Positions 1-12,378 of a stretch of 64,000 nucleotides of DNA are shown here, piece by piece. The notes under the pieces are model-generated. The model had not been told where the DNA came from. It made no database searches and worked only from the letters and a program-made list of their open reading frames with translations. The stretch's first letter is position 1, and every line of letters begins with the position of its first letter. A program made the translations under genes and the position numbers. Origin of the DNA: Novakomyces olei (taxonomy: Eukaryota); NCBI GenBank assembly GCA_016906335.1, contig JADEYG010000015.1, forward strand, positions 868,001-932,000. Direction: 5' to 3'.

Positions 1-3000
1 AGGAAAAGTTTAGGACGCTGCCTTTTGCTGGAGAACGCGTCTATTTTACTGGCGACTATGTGCGAATGTTGCTGGACGGGTCTTTGGAGTATATTGGAAG
101 GGAAGACAGTCAGGTAAAGCTTCGTGGGCAACGTATTGATCTACGGGAAATAGATCATGCTATTGCAAGGTTTGAGGAACACCATGATCATGGTTTACAG
201 GTTACAAGCTCACATACATTTGTCCTTGAGCATCCTACTGGCAACTCACAGCACCTGGTCTCCTTCGTGGAGACGAGTAAAAGGCCAGAAAGAGAGAAGG
301 ATATGCGAATCATGATTCGTGATTGCTGCAAGACGTCTTTGCCGTCGTACATGATGCCAGATTATATCGTTTTTATCGAATCTTTACCGTTGAGTGCGGC
401 TGGAAAAGTGTTGAAATCCAAATTGGAACTTGTGTTCCGTGAAGAGGCTGAGAGGGCCAGCTTGCCGGACGACTCGAGTCCGGAAGGTAATCAAGAGGCG
501 TACTCTTACGTTTCCGAATGCTTTGCCAGATTTTCCGGCAGACCAGTAGGCAAAATAAGGCCAAACATGACGATGCTCTCGTTGGGTCTTGATAGCATTT
601 CTGCTATTCAGATGGGAGCATGGCTTCTTGAAACACAAGGCCTAAGTATCAAGCCCATTGATCTGTACAAGAATGATACACCCAGAAAACTGTCGCGCTA
701 CATCGATACAATCTCGCGGCACAATCAGGGCAGAGACGTAGTGCCTGCCGAGTTTGCGTCTGAAATGAAAATGTGCGCACACAAACTCTTGAAACAAAAT
801 GACGCAGCGTGGGAAGAAGAAGGCGTTGACTATGCTCTTCCCTGTACCGACAGCCAAAAGGCCTTTTTAAGCGCCTTTTACCAGAGCAACGCTTCAGCAT
901 ACGTAAATTATAGTGTGTATGAGATTAATCAGGGGGTGGTGGATACTTTAAGTGCTTCATTAAAGAGTCTTGTTGACAACGTGCCTATGCTGCGCACTAG
1001 ATTTGTGCAGACTGCTGACTTTAAAATACCTTTTGTACAAGTCTGCGCCAGCAAGGAATCCACAATTGCTTTGCAAAAAAGATGCATTAAAGACGCTTCT
1101 GAAATAACTAGCGTCTTAAACCAGTGTCGTTCGGATTTGGCGAAATATATATGGCGGGATACGTCGGCGCTGCCTTACTCTGTTGTTCATGTTGCTTGCG
1201 AGCAACACAATTACCTCGCGTTTATTGGCCTTCACGCTATTTTTGATGCGTGGTCGTTGGATATAATGCTGAGGTCAATTATGGCATTTGATGGCAAGTA
1301 CAGTGCAAGGCTGGATACTCAAGTGACCACCGAATCTGCGCTTTTATGGATCCTTTATGAAGAAGCCCGGTGTGCCTCTGATGAGTGTAGATCGTTCTGG
1401 GCCGATCACGTTTTACCGGGTATGGGCAGCGTGCCCTCGCTGAATCCTGACAAGTCTGATACGGGAAAGACCGTTGTATCGAAATCAATTTGCGACATAC
1501 CTTTCTCTCGACTTGAGAGCGAGTGCAGAGCTATCGGTGTGCCATTCCAGGCTTTAGGTCAACTGGCGTGGGCTAAAGTGTTGGGCGCTTACAATGGAGA
1601 GAAGCACGTCACTTTTGGAGACGGTAAGTTGGTACCTTGTAATTGAATTTCACTTCCAATTCCATATATTTCACCGTCGATTGCTAACAATGCTAGTCCT
1701 GTCTGGCCGTCTGGGAATGTCTGGTGTAGAAAATACTCCAGTAATATGTCTAACGACGGTTCCGATAACTGTGACTTTGGAGGGAAAAGTCGGGAGTATC
1801 CTGCAAAGGATAGCTGCATTTGAAACAAGAGTTAGTGACAGGCAGCACACTCCTCTTCAAAAAATCTCTGCCTGGACGGGCGCCGGATCTGAGCCCTTGT
1901 TTGAGTCTGTGTTTGTATACCAAAGAATCGCGCGAGAGACCTCGATTGCTTACAAGCCTTTTGCCGACGATGCGACTGCAGCGGTATGGCTCTAATTATT
2001 TTAATCTCCTCTCTTCCTTTTTTTTTTTTTTTTTTTTTAAATTAATTCCTTTTTAGATTATTAATTTTGGTAAAACCTAACGCAAGTCTAGCTGCCCGTC
2101 TCGGTTGAGCTCTCGATCGATAGCGACCAGGACAAAATAAACGTTTGTGTTACGTCACAGAGCTCATTCATTCCGGCTAAGCAAAACGATTTGATAGTGA
2201 AAACGCTAGCAAGTCTTATCTCTCGGCTTCCCTATGCTCTGGATCAGGACATTGGTGAAATTGAGCGATTTCTGGACCCGAGTGTGCTTTCAATTGTGCC
2301 TGCACGAATCGACGAATTTAAGTCACAGGTCCGTCTGGCCCATGAGTTTGTGGAATACTACGCACAAGTCTCGCCCGATAAATTGGCACTTGAAACAGCA
2401 GATGACGTGGACGGTGATGCAGATGATAACAGCGGCACCGGTATCCCAGTAAACTACCGCGAATTTACATACTTCCAACTGAACCAGCTTGCAGACCGAT
2501 TGAGCGCACGAATTCTGGAAATGAATTTACCAGACAAATCTATAATCTGTGTATGCTTTGACAAACAGTTTGAGGCTTTTGTTTCGATTCTTGCAATATT
2601 AAAATCAGGCCATGGCTTTCTCGCAATCGATTTCACTGCTCCGCAAGATCGGAAAAAGTTTATAATCCAGGACTCGCAGTGTAGTCTGCTCCTCACGTGC
2701 TCCTCGCTCTTGCCAAATGTATCAGAATGCGAGAGTGTTGTCCATGTTGTTTGCGCACTTGATCTGCTTGCAGAATCGAACGGGGCTAATCCGGAGACCC
2801 AGATTGCGAAGCCTGTACACATATCTCCAGAGGATACTTGCTATGTACTGTATACGAGCGGGAGCACAGGCAGGCCTAAAGGCTGTGCTATTTCACACCG
2901 CAGCCTCGTGCAGGCTCTCCTCTCCTTCAAGGACCAATTTGAAGGTTGCTACGACCAATCCTCAAAGTTTTTGGCATTTGCATCTCTCCATTTTGACGTG

Positions 3001-6000
3001 AGTGTGCTCGAGCAGTATTGGAGTTGGTGTGCCGGCATTTCTGTCGTTGCTTTGCCCAAATCTGCATGTCTCCAGGATATTCCACTAGTTGTTCGTACCT
3101 TTGGAATAACCCACATTGACCTGACGCCGAGTTTAGGATCGCTGCTGGAAGTTGACGAAGTCCCCTCGCTCCGTGTACTCATTACAGGCGGAGAGCAGAT
3201 GCGCCTGGATATGATGAGCAAGTGGGGTCCTACTGGGAAGCTATTCAATTTCTGGGGACCGACAGAACTGACTATCGGTGCCAGTGTCCTGAGACATGTG
3301 CCCTCAAATGCGAAGCCTAGCAATATTGGATTGCCGTTTAAGAATTGCTCGCTTGCCGTGATGCGGGAGCCGCAAAACATTGCAGTTTTGCGTGGAGCCT
3401 TGGGTGAAATTGCAATGGGCGGGCAGCAAGTTGCGAAGGGCTACATTAACCTGCCTGAGCAAACAGCAAAGGCCTTTAAGCAACTGCCGTATTGGAAGGG
3501 TTTCACTTACTACACTGGCGACGTTGGCCGATTGATGTATGACGGATCAATTGATTTTGCCGGACGACGGGACGATCAAGTCAAGCTGCGCGGACAACGG
3601 ATCGAAATTGACGAAATAAATCACGTCATTTTGGGGTCGTGCCGGGACATTGAAAACTTGTGTACACTAGTGCTCAAGACTCGTGCGGGCGGAGACTTTT
3701 TAGTCTCGTTCATAACGCTCTCCGCCAAACGGACCTCAGATACAATGACAGATACAATGACAGATACAATGACAGATACAATGACAGATACAATGACAGA
3801 TACAATGACAGATACAATGACGGGCCCCGTGACTGTTTTGCACACTTCCTCTGCACAAAAAGTGCGGCAGAGGGCCAAGGAGCATTGCCAGGCTAAGCTT
3901 GCAGTGTACATGGTCCCCAGCTCGTTTATCGTTCTGTCCAAGATCCCTCTGACTCCGACTAATAAAATCGACAAGCGCTGCCTGGCAAGCGTGTTTGATA
4001 GTTTAGAAGCGGGTACTGCTCAGTCCGACAACAGCAGGCTTGAGCAGTCAATTACAGACGCAAAAGAGCTTGAGATTGCCCGTATCATTTGCACTTTCAC
4101 GGGCACCAGTATAGAATCTGTCACCCGGGGCACCTCTGTTGTTGCTCTCGGCATTGACTCTATCTCCATTATTCCTCTAATGAAAACGCTTCAGCAAAAG
4201 GGCATCCGTGTGGACTCTGTTTCCCGTATTCTCCAGCAGGCAACTATTGCCGGGATCGCTCAACTGTCTGAGGCGTCTGGGAGGGAAAAGGAGGACAAGT
4301 TTGGACGGGTGGATACCTTGTCTGACTTTGTTCGAGCAGTAGAACCGCAATTGCAGAGCCGGCTCGGCTTGAAAGCTCAGTACGAGAAAGCTCAGTACGA
4401 GAAAGCTCAGTACGAATGCATTCTGCCCTGTACACCTCTGGTAGCAGGAATGCTGACGGAAAATGCTTCTGACCCACTACGCCCGTACATGAACACGTTT
4501 AGCTTTGCCTTGAAACCTGCAGTTGATACAGCGAGATTCAGGTGGGTTGTGGATAGGGCAGTCGGGAGGTACCAGGTACTACGGTCTCGGTTCCTGGCAA
4601 CAGACCAAGGATTTGCCATGGTTGTCCTGCACGCAAAAGACTGCCGCCCTTGGCACACTACGATCGACTTGAAATGCCCAGTTGTTGAAATAGACTCGCC
4701 AGCGCTACAGTTTTCATTACATGCAGACGTCTTTTCAATTGCCATCTTTCACGGAATGTACGACGGCACTAGTCTGGAGGCCCTGTTCAACGATATCTGG
4801 CTTGACTACTCTGCCTCTGAGAGCTTGATTGTGCGGCCAAAGTACTCTGATACGCTGCCTTGCCTGCTTGATTTCGATGCAGAAAAAAGCGAAAAGTTTT
4901 GGCGGCAATCACTCCGTTATTTGCCCCATACACGGCTGCGCCTTGGCCGGCAGTCGCATACATTAACGGGGGTAATAGACGCCGACAGGTCGGCAGTTGC
5001 ACGTGCCTGTGCCACAGTGTTTTCCTGCACTACCCAGACTGTACTGCTCACTGCCTGGATGTATACATTATGGCAGCGCTTTGGATCAAACACTACGGGA
5101 CTCGTGTACGGAGGACGGGACCAGACTCGGCATCAAATCGACAGTGTAATGGGCCCCACGTTCAATACGCTGCCTATTCAAATCGGAGCAAGGCACACAC
5201 TTCCAGAGAATCGATGCACCTGGCGCAGTCTGGCCGAGCCCTTTTTTGCTCAGTACGTACAGAGCCTCGAGTACCAGACGACGCCTCTTCGCTTTATACA
5301 CAAATGGCTCAGAGTCGCCCGGCACGAAAGCCTGTTTGACAACGTTTTTGTGTTTAACCATGCAAGTCACGAGTCTGCAGTGCAGTTCGAGTATTGGACT
5401 CCCTTGGCCTCTCCGGCAGTAGCAGCTCTGTACCCTCTTGCCATCGATGTGACGGAAGACAGTACCATGTTCCATTATACACTGACTGGAGCAGTAGAGG
5501 GAATGGAGGCCTCTGACCTGAAAGCACTGGCGCTCGAGTTCCAGGAGGCGCTGCGACACATGGTAAAAGAGCCGGATGCTATTGTCCAGCTTCCTTTGAG
5601 CGAGATGAGCAAGGAGGCCGAGTACGGCACTAGTCTTGAGCAAGCGTCTAGTCGGGCGGCAGATGATGGTTTGCCTTTAGGAGACCAAGAAGGCTCTGCT
5701 GAAGAGTGGACGCCTGCTTCGCTTGTAGTAAGGGACACTGTGAGCGAAATGTGCAGAGTGCCCATAGCCAGTATTCGGCCCAGCACTTCCATCTTTGCCC
5801 TCGGAATAGATAGTGTGGACGCCGTTTCTCTCGCCGGAAGACTACGGAAACGTAAACTCATAGTCAAACTGCCCTCAATCATGCGATCGCATACAATCAA
5901 AGGCATTGCACAGGCAGCGACAGCAGACGGGCAGCAAGAACGTATGGGTTCCGGTAACGGGAACCCGGTTGTCAGTGCTTACACGGCTCAGCTGGGCCGG

Positions 6001-9000
6001 GGCAGTTACCCGTTGACACCGTTGCAGCAGTCGATGCTTGTGCAAACTCAAAACTCGGACAGGGCAGAGTATATTAACCATACTTTGCAGAAATTAGACC
6101 CGCAAATTGGGGTGGCAAGACTCGCACGTGCTTGGCGACAGACTCTGGACCAGATTGAAGTGTTGCACGCAGTTTTCCCCCGACTGCCTGACACTCTGTC
6201 CCAATTTTCTGGGCAAATTTTGTACCAAAATTTTGACAGGCGGCAAGCGCACGAGATCCGTGTCGACCGTGTACCTTTTGGAGGCAGAAATGATGAAATA
6301 AGCCCACTGTACCACAGTCACAAGGCGGCAGCAGTATCGGAGTTTGACCCTGCTCATCGTCCGCCTGTAAAGGTGACCCTGTTTGAGGATATGAGTGGCA
6401 ACTGCCATAACTATGTGGCATTATCTATTCACCACGCACTCTACGACGGAGCCAGCTTGGACCTGGTCTACTCTGCCGTGATGGGAAACTACCGAGCCGA
6501 CTTGAGCAATGATAAAAATTGCATTGATAAAGGCAATACTAGTATTGGCGACATGAACAATGGAACCAGTACTAACCCACTTGTTCCGTTCAGCACTTTT
6601 GTCAGGGCGGTTTGGGCACTGGAGGCGCATGATTCTGCACCGTTCTGGCAGTCTGTACTGGCAAATTTCCGGGAAGAAGAGTCCCTTTTGCCCATAAAGT
6701 ACCCTGCAGCCCAAACGGCCCCGACAATCACGGCAGAGCTTGTATGTCATGGTGTTGGATTAGACTCTGTACTACACGGCTGTGGTCGCTTTGGGGTCAG
6801 TGCTTTAGCCTGTGCTCAAGCCTGTTATGCGCTCGTACTGGCGGAGGCGCTTGGAGAGAGCAGCGCTGTTTGCTTTGGCAATGTGACTTCTGGCCGGCAC
6901 TTGTTTGAGCATGCTGATCGTGTCTGTGGTCCGTGTATGAACACGTATCCTGTCCGAGTCGGAATTGCACACAATAGATCAGCAGCTGGCCGTATAGTGG
7001 ACACTGCCAAGGCACTGCACGAGTTCAATAATGCGTCCTTGAACCATCAGTTTTCTTCCTTAAACGCAATTGCCCAGGCTGCCAAAGTGCCCAGCAGTAT
7101 GCTGTTCAATACCTTGTTTTTGTTCCAGCGCTCGCAGACAGCCGCTGCCGGGTCACGTCTGCCCTGGACGACGGTTCAAGGAAACGCTGAGCTCGAGTAC
7201 CCTTTGGCCATTGAAGTAGAGTTTAATCCTCAAGCAATTGTCTGGCGCGTCTCTGCGGACGCACGTTACATGTCCAGCGAGGAAGCTCAGTTACTGCTCT
7301 CCCAAGTCGCTCTTAATCTCGAACGGTTCGCTTCATACGCTGATTCAGCAGAGGATGAAACGCCAAGTGCCAATACGACCAACTGCGCTGCTACGTGTAG
7401 TGATCCAGTTGCAAGCAAATTTACAGAGACGGTGGCCGTGCTGAAATCTTTGTTCAACTATGCCAACATTATTGAAGCAGAAATCGATGGGTCTAGTGTG
7501 CTGTTTTGCCATATCGCTCCAGAGTCAGATAGCGGTTCAGAAAGCGGTTCAGAAAGCGGTTCAGAAAGCGGTTCCGGAACCCGTCTCGTCCCAATGGATC
7601 AAGGGGAAATTTTGCAGGTTCAGCTGGCTCTTAAAGTCGACTACAATTTGAGAAAAGTGCCTCAGTATATTGTTCCCTTTAGGGGCCAAACTAACCTTGA
7701 ATCATTGCAAAAGGTTTGCAAGGACACGAAACAGCTGCAACAGTTTTCGACCACTATTTCCACTCTGGCGCCAGGATTTAAAGAGACACTTGCTCAAGTC
7801 ATTCATGTGCTCTCCGAGTTTACTGGAGCCGATTCTAAAGCGATTGCCCCAGAAACCCGGCTCTTTAGCTTGGGTATTGACTCGATTTCCGCCATTAAAC
7901 TGGTAAAAGTGCTAAAGCGCCATGGCATTCGCACTACTGTAGCTGCAGTTATTCAGCTCGGGACAGTAGAGCGTGTTGCCATGAGTGCCATTGGCCAAGC
8001 GCGAGGCCGATTGCAGAAAGACGCAGCCACTGCACAGGCTGAGGATTTCAAGCAAAAAGATCTTGCGACAATGAGAGAAAGAGGCCTCAGTAGCTACAGG
8101 GACGGAACGCAATGTGCCCCAGGCCAGTCTTATGCTCTTGGACTATGGGAGTCCAGTGGAGGCAAACGTAATTTTTCCACGTTTGTGTTTAGTGTTAATG
8201 GCTCATTAGCCAGTGCGCTTCAGGAGAGATGGGCCCGGCTTTGTGAAAGGTTTGATATTCTGCGCATTACGTTTCACAGACTCGAAGATGGCAAGTTTTT
8301 CCAGACAGTAGCGGACAAAAGATCGCAGTTTTGTGTGATTAAAACTGCCTCAAATACGGAGACAGAGAGGGCGATTATAGAGAGCAAGTTGCAGTGCAAA
8401 CTTATACACCAGCAGCCGCCTATCTACCCCATACTTTTGCTGCCAGCAGTGGAGAATGAAGAGCCTTCTACCCTCTGCTTGCACGTGCATCATGCGCTGT
8501 ACGATGGCGTCAGTATCGGCGCGCTTACCGACGTATTACTTGCAGAAAGCGATGAGGAAGCAGAGGCAATTTGCTCTCAGTGGGACAAGAATTTTGTCAA
8601 GTTTGCTCGTCAGGTGGAAGCACGGCAGCAGCAAGAAATTCTGCCTTACTGGGTCGCAAAACTGCATAATACCAAAGCAGACAATCGCTTTTGCCAAAGG
8701 TATTTAAAGTCTCTAAAGAATACGCCGGTCGCCTTGGCAGCTAACAGCGCTTTTGTGCCCCAGTTACGGATCAATACAGAGGCAGCAGGAGCTCAGTACG
8801 AAATTTCACAGGCTGTCCGAGTGATTGCTCAAGTAAGCCAGCGAGCAGCTCATTTACTAGGCGCCAGTGCCTTTACTTTTGGGCTCTACGTGCAGGCAAG
8901 AGCAGCCAATGGCAGCAACGTATTTGGACCTGTGTTCAATGTTGTGCCCATCGCTATTACGCAGGCTCGAGAGGCTCATTGGACAGACGTGGCGCGTCAG

Positions 9001-9384
9001 GTACGAGATGCTTTGGCAGATTGCTCTACTGGATGGCGGCAGCAAGTGGATCCGTTACTACTCGCTCGGGAACTCGGAATACCGAGATCCGAGCTTTTTG
9101 CTTTTACCGTTAATTATCTCGAAGGCGATGGAGCGGGAGCAAGAGCTGATAAAAGGTATAGCAGTCGCGATGTTTCTGCTTTTGCACATAAACTAGTCGG
9201 CGCAGGTGAGCATATTTGCCAGCAGTCACGAGCAGAAATTCATGATGACGCCTTAATTTCACTGCTGGATATTGAAGTCCGTCGGTTGCAGGGCGATAAA
9301 TACGCTGCCGGCTGCTTTAGCTGGGACTGTTTCTTCAATGACGAAGAACTGGCTCGTTTTGTTTATGAGTTTGGAGCGATATAG
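1..9384 (+). CDS. Ferrichrome-type siderophore non-ribosomal peptide synthetase (SidC/NPS2/Sib1 family), 5'-truncated by the window; visible domains A(end)-T-C-A-T-C-T-C-(A remnant)-T-C
   Basis: Introns 1624-1696 (joins FGD|VLSGR) and 1984-2091. A-domain motifs [31 protein letters not shown] and [15 protein letters not shown]. Four T-domain LG(L/I)DS motifs at ~582, ~4147, ~5800 and ~7870. C-domain motifs LHAIFDA, FHGMYDG and HHALYDG (twice). Terminal T-C repeats without a thioesterase are typical of ferrichrome synthetases. Confidence 0.92.
3737..3821 (+). repeat. Perfect in-frame 12-bp tandem repeat (CAGATACAATGA) x7 encoding (TDTM)n
   Basis: Read directly; lies in the C-terminal subdomain of the NRPS A domain. 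Confidence 0.95.
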
Positions 9385-9429
9385 ATTAGATAGATGACAT
9401 GAAAAGTGTTTGCTAGTTGTAAAATGGTA

Positions 9430-9875
9430 TAAATATATAAAAATAAATATATTTAAAAATAGATAAATATAAATAAAAATAAAAATAAAAATAAATATAA
9501 ATATAAAAATAAATATAAAATAAATATAAATATAAATATAAATATAAATATAAATATAAATATAAATATAAATATAAATATAAATATAAATATAAATATA
9601 AATATAAATATAAATATAAATATAAATATAAATATAATATAAATATAAATATAAATATAAATATAAATATAAATATAAATATAAATATAAATATAAATAT
9701 AAATATAAATATAAATATAAATATAAATATAAATATAAATATAAATATAAATATAAATATAAATATAAATATAAATATAAATATAAATATAAATATAAAT
9801 ATAAATATAAATATAAATATAAATATAAATATAAATATAAATATAAATATAAATATAAATATAAATATAAATATA
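9430..9875. repeat. (ATATAA)n microsatellite, ~440 bp, degenerate at its 5' end
   Basis: Read directly; fills most of the NRPS-CTNNBL1 intergenic region. Confidence 0.97.
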
Positions 9876-9907
9876 GGCATTGGAAAAGTGGTCGCTCTGA
9901 CGTCGCC

Positions 9908-10609
9908 ATGGACGTGGACAAGGCGCTGAGGGTAATTCTAGTCATTTTCAGGCCTAACATTTCAGGAGCATCAGGCCAAACGGCGCAAGTTTGAAGACAA
10001 TCCCGCTGATTCATATCGCGAAACAGGAGAAGTGGCAGCTGCAGAGGAAGGGAACAATGGCGATGAGAATGACGAAGAAGGACGGTTTTATGGTTCGGGA
10101 CTTAATCAGCAGCAGGAAGAAATATGGACCATGATGAATGAAGAAGAGAGCGATGACGAAAAAGTAATTGCTTAAATTTGCATTTGGTTCTAATATTAGG
10201 AATCGGCTGCTCCGGCCAAACGAATACCGTCTCTGTTTGCGTCACTCGAGCGTAAAATTGCAGCTAATGAAAAGATGCGAGCAAAATATATTGACGAGCC
10301 AATAAAGTAAGCGCTTGCCAAGTTTTCCAAACCTGCTAATCATTAGATTTGCCGATTCTGAGGCCGAATTGCACGCTGCTATCAAAGGAATGGCAGTATT
10401 AGGCGAGCTGATTGTTGCATCGCCTGAAGCAGTGGCCAAACGCATTGGAGTGCTTGTCGTCTTACTCGGACACGAGAATACGGATATTGCTACTGATGCA
10501 CTCGAAGTATTTTCGGAATTATTAGAAATGAATACTGGTCTAAGCGACGAAGGCTTCGGGAAATTTGCACAGGCTTTGGTAAGCTTTTTCTTTTTAAAAG
10601 TGATAACAT

Positions 10610-10640
<31 letters not shown>

Positions 10641-12065
10641 TTTGTTATTTATATTTTAATATACAATCTTTTTGCTGGAAAATCTTTCTTTGTTTGCAGG
10701 TCTGTGCTATTGTATATCTTTTCAGTTGTATCTGCAATTGGTGCGAATAGCTACTTAAACACAGATTGATTCTGACTTTCTTGATCTGTCCATTTCGAAT
10801 CTGGAACGGTTTGACGAGGCAGAAGAGCGCGACCGGGAAGGTGTATTTCATACATTATGTAAGAAAATCGCGAGCAATTACTTGCTAACAATAGCTTGCT
10901 ACGAGGAACTGGCTTTTACAAATGGAGAAAAAATTCTGGAAAAGAGCTCCCTTCTTTCCTGGCTAGCCCAACGTATAGACAAAAAAGATCCCAAGGGTAA
11001 TTTGGTGATAAGCCAAAATCGGCTTTACTGTGTAGAGCTGCTTGCGCAACTTTCTGCTGGCAGTCCGAACGGCCGGCTCCACTTGGTCAAGGCAAATTTT
11101 GTGGATTTGCTTTTACGCTTAGTATCGCCCCTCCGGAAACGCAGTGCCGACGTGGACAGTGGTGAAGCTGAAATGATGAAGAATGCCTTTGACTCTCTAT
11201 GCTCACTTGTCCAGGATTTTGAAGGCAAAGAAGCGTTTATGGATGCTGAAGGTGTAGAGCTCTGCTTGCTCATGGTGCAATTTGGCAAAAAGCCCAGTAC
11301 ACAGGCCATTCGTGTACTGGACTTTTTGGTTGGCGGCGATGCTGGATACGTGGCCTGCGAGCGGATTGTTGATGCGGGAGGATTGAAGACTCTATTCACT
11401 GTGTTTATGAAACGAGAGGTGAGACGAGTCAAATAGGTCACATTTACTCCTTTATATTTATTTTATTAAACTTGTTTTATTAAATCTAGGTTTTTCGAAT
11501 ATTTCTTTTATTCTTGCTCTTTACTTTGCAACAATTGCATTCTTCATTTGCTAATAGACGGCAGCTGCGCTTAGAGAGCAAAGAGCACCTTATCGGAATA
11601 TTCGCGGGGCTTTTGCACTGGCTTGCACCAGACTCGGCTCCGCGAATTCGATTACTGGCCAAATTTTGTGAGCATGATTATGCAAAGCTGCATAGACTTT
11701 TGCACCCGTACTATGACGAAATATTACAGCGTCTCGAGCCTTATGACCAAAAAGTAGCGGATGAGCGTGGACGAGCAGGACAAGATGGTGCGGATGACGA
11801 AACAGAGCTCGATTATTACTTGAGCCGGATGGAAGGTGGCCTCTTTCACTACCAAACAGTGTGTATCGTTTTAGCATGGATGTGTGTGGAAGATGACGGT
11901 GCTCGATCGGCCATTGACTCGATGTTGAAGGAAAGGCATAACGGCACTGGAATCTACAGGATTCATGACGTATTGCGAGAGTACTCGCGGTTTTGCGATG
12001 AACAAAGTAATACCAGAGCCATGCTTGATGCGCTGGTAGAAGCGCTCCAAGACCGGAGTAAATGA
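9908..12065 (+). CDS. CTNNBL1: Beta-catenin-like protein 1 (Prp19/CDC5L-complex spliceosomal armadillo protein)
   Basis: Spliced model with 6 introns (e.g. 9932-9965, 10164-10199, 10859-10894). Motifs [15 protein letters not shown]...[43 protein letters not shown] and [10 protein letters not shown]. Confidence 0.9.
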
Positions 12066-12378
12066 TTAAATTTATTTAAAAAATATAGACAAATAATTTA
12101 TTAATGAATAATCATAATTTATTAATGAATAATTATAATTTATTAGTGAATAATTATAATTTATTAATGAATAATTATTATTTATAGAAGATCGATCAAA
12201 GCATGGACAGCATTGGCGTAGATTTGCAAACATTGCTGTTGCGCAGGGATACTTTACATTTACAACGAGGACGCTGGAAGGTTAGGTGTATGTATAGATA
12301 AAATAAGTACATGTAATGCCGATGCGGATAAAGCGCGACCCCCAGTCCCACACCGCCCCACGGCAAGGCAGCAGGCAG

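Noticed and set aside
2234-9196. Numerous short antisense or off-frame ORFs overlapping the NRPS and other genes
   Set aside because: They are shadows of GC-richer coding sequence with no recognisable motifs.
9259-10014. ORFs of (YL)n, (IF)n, (LLY)n and poly-N here and at 13578-13933, 30663-30935 and 34454-34843
   Set aside because: They are translations of microsatellites.
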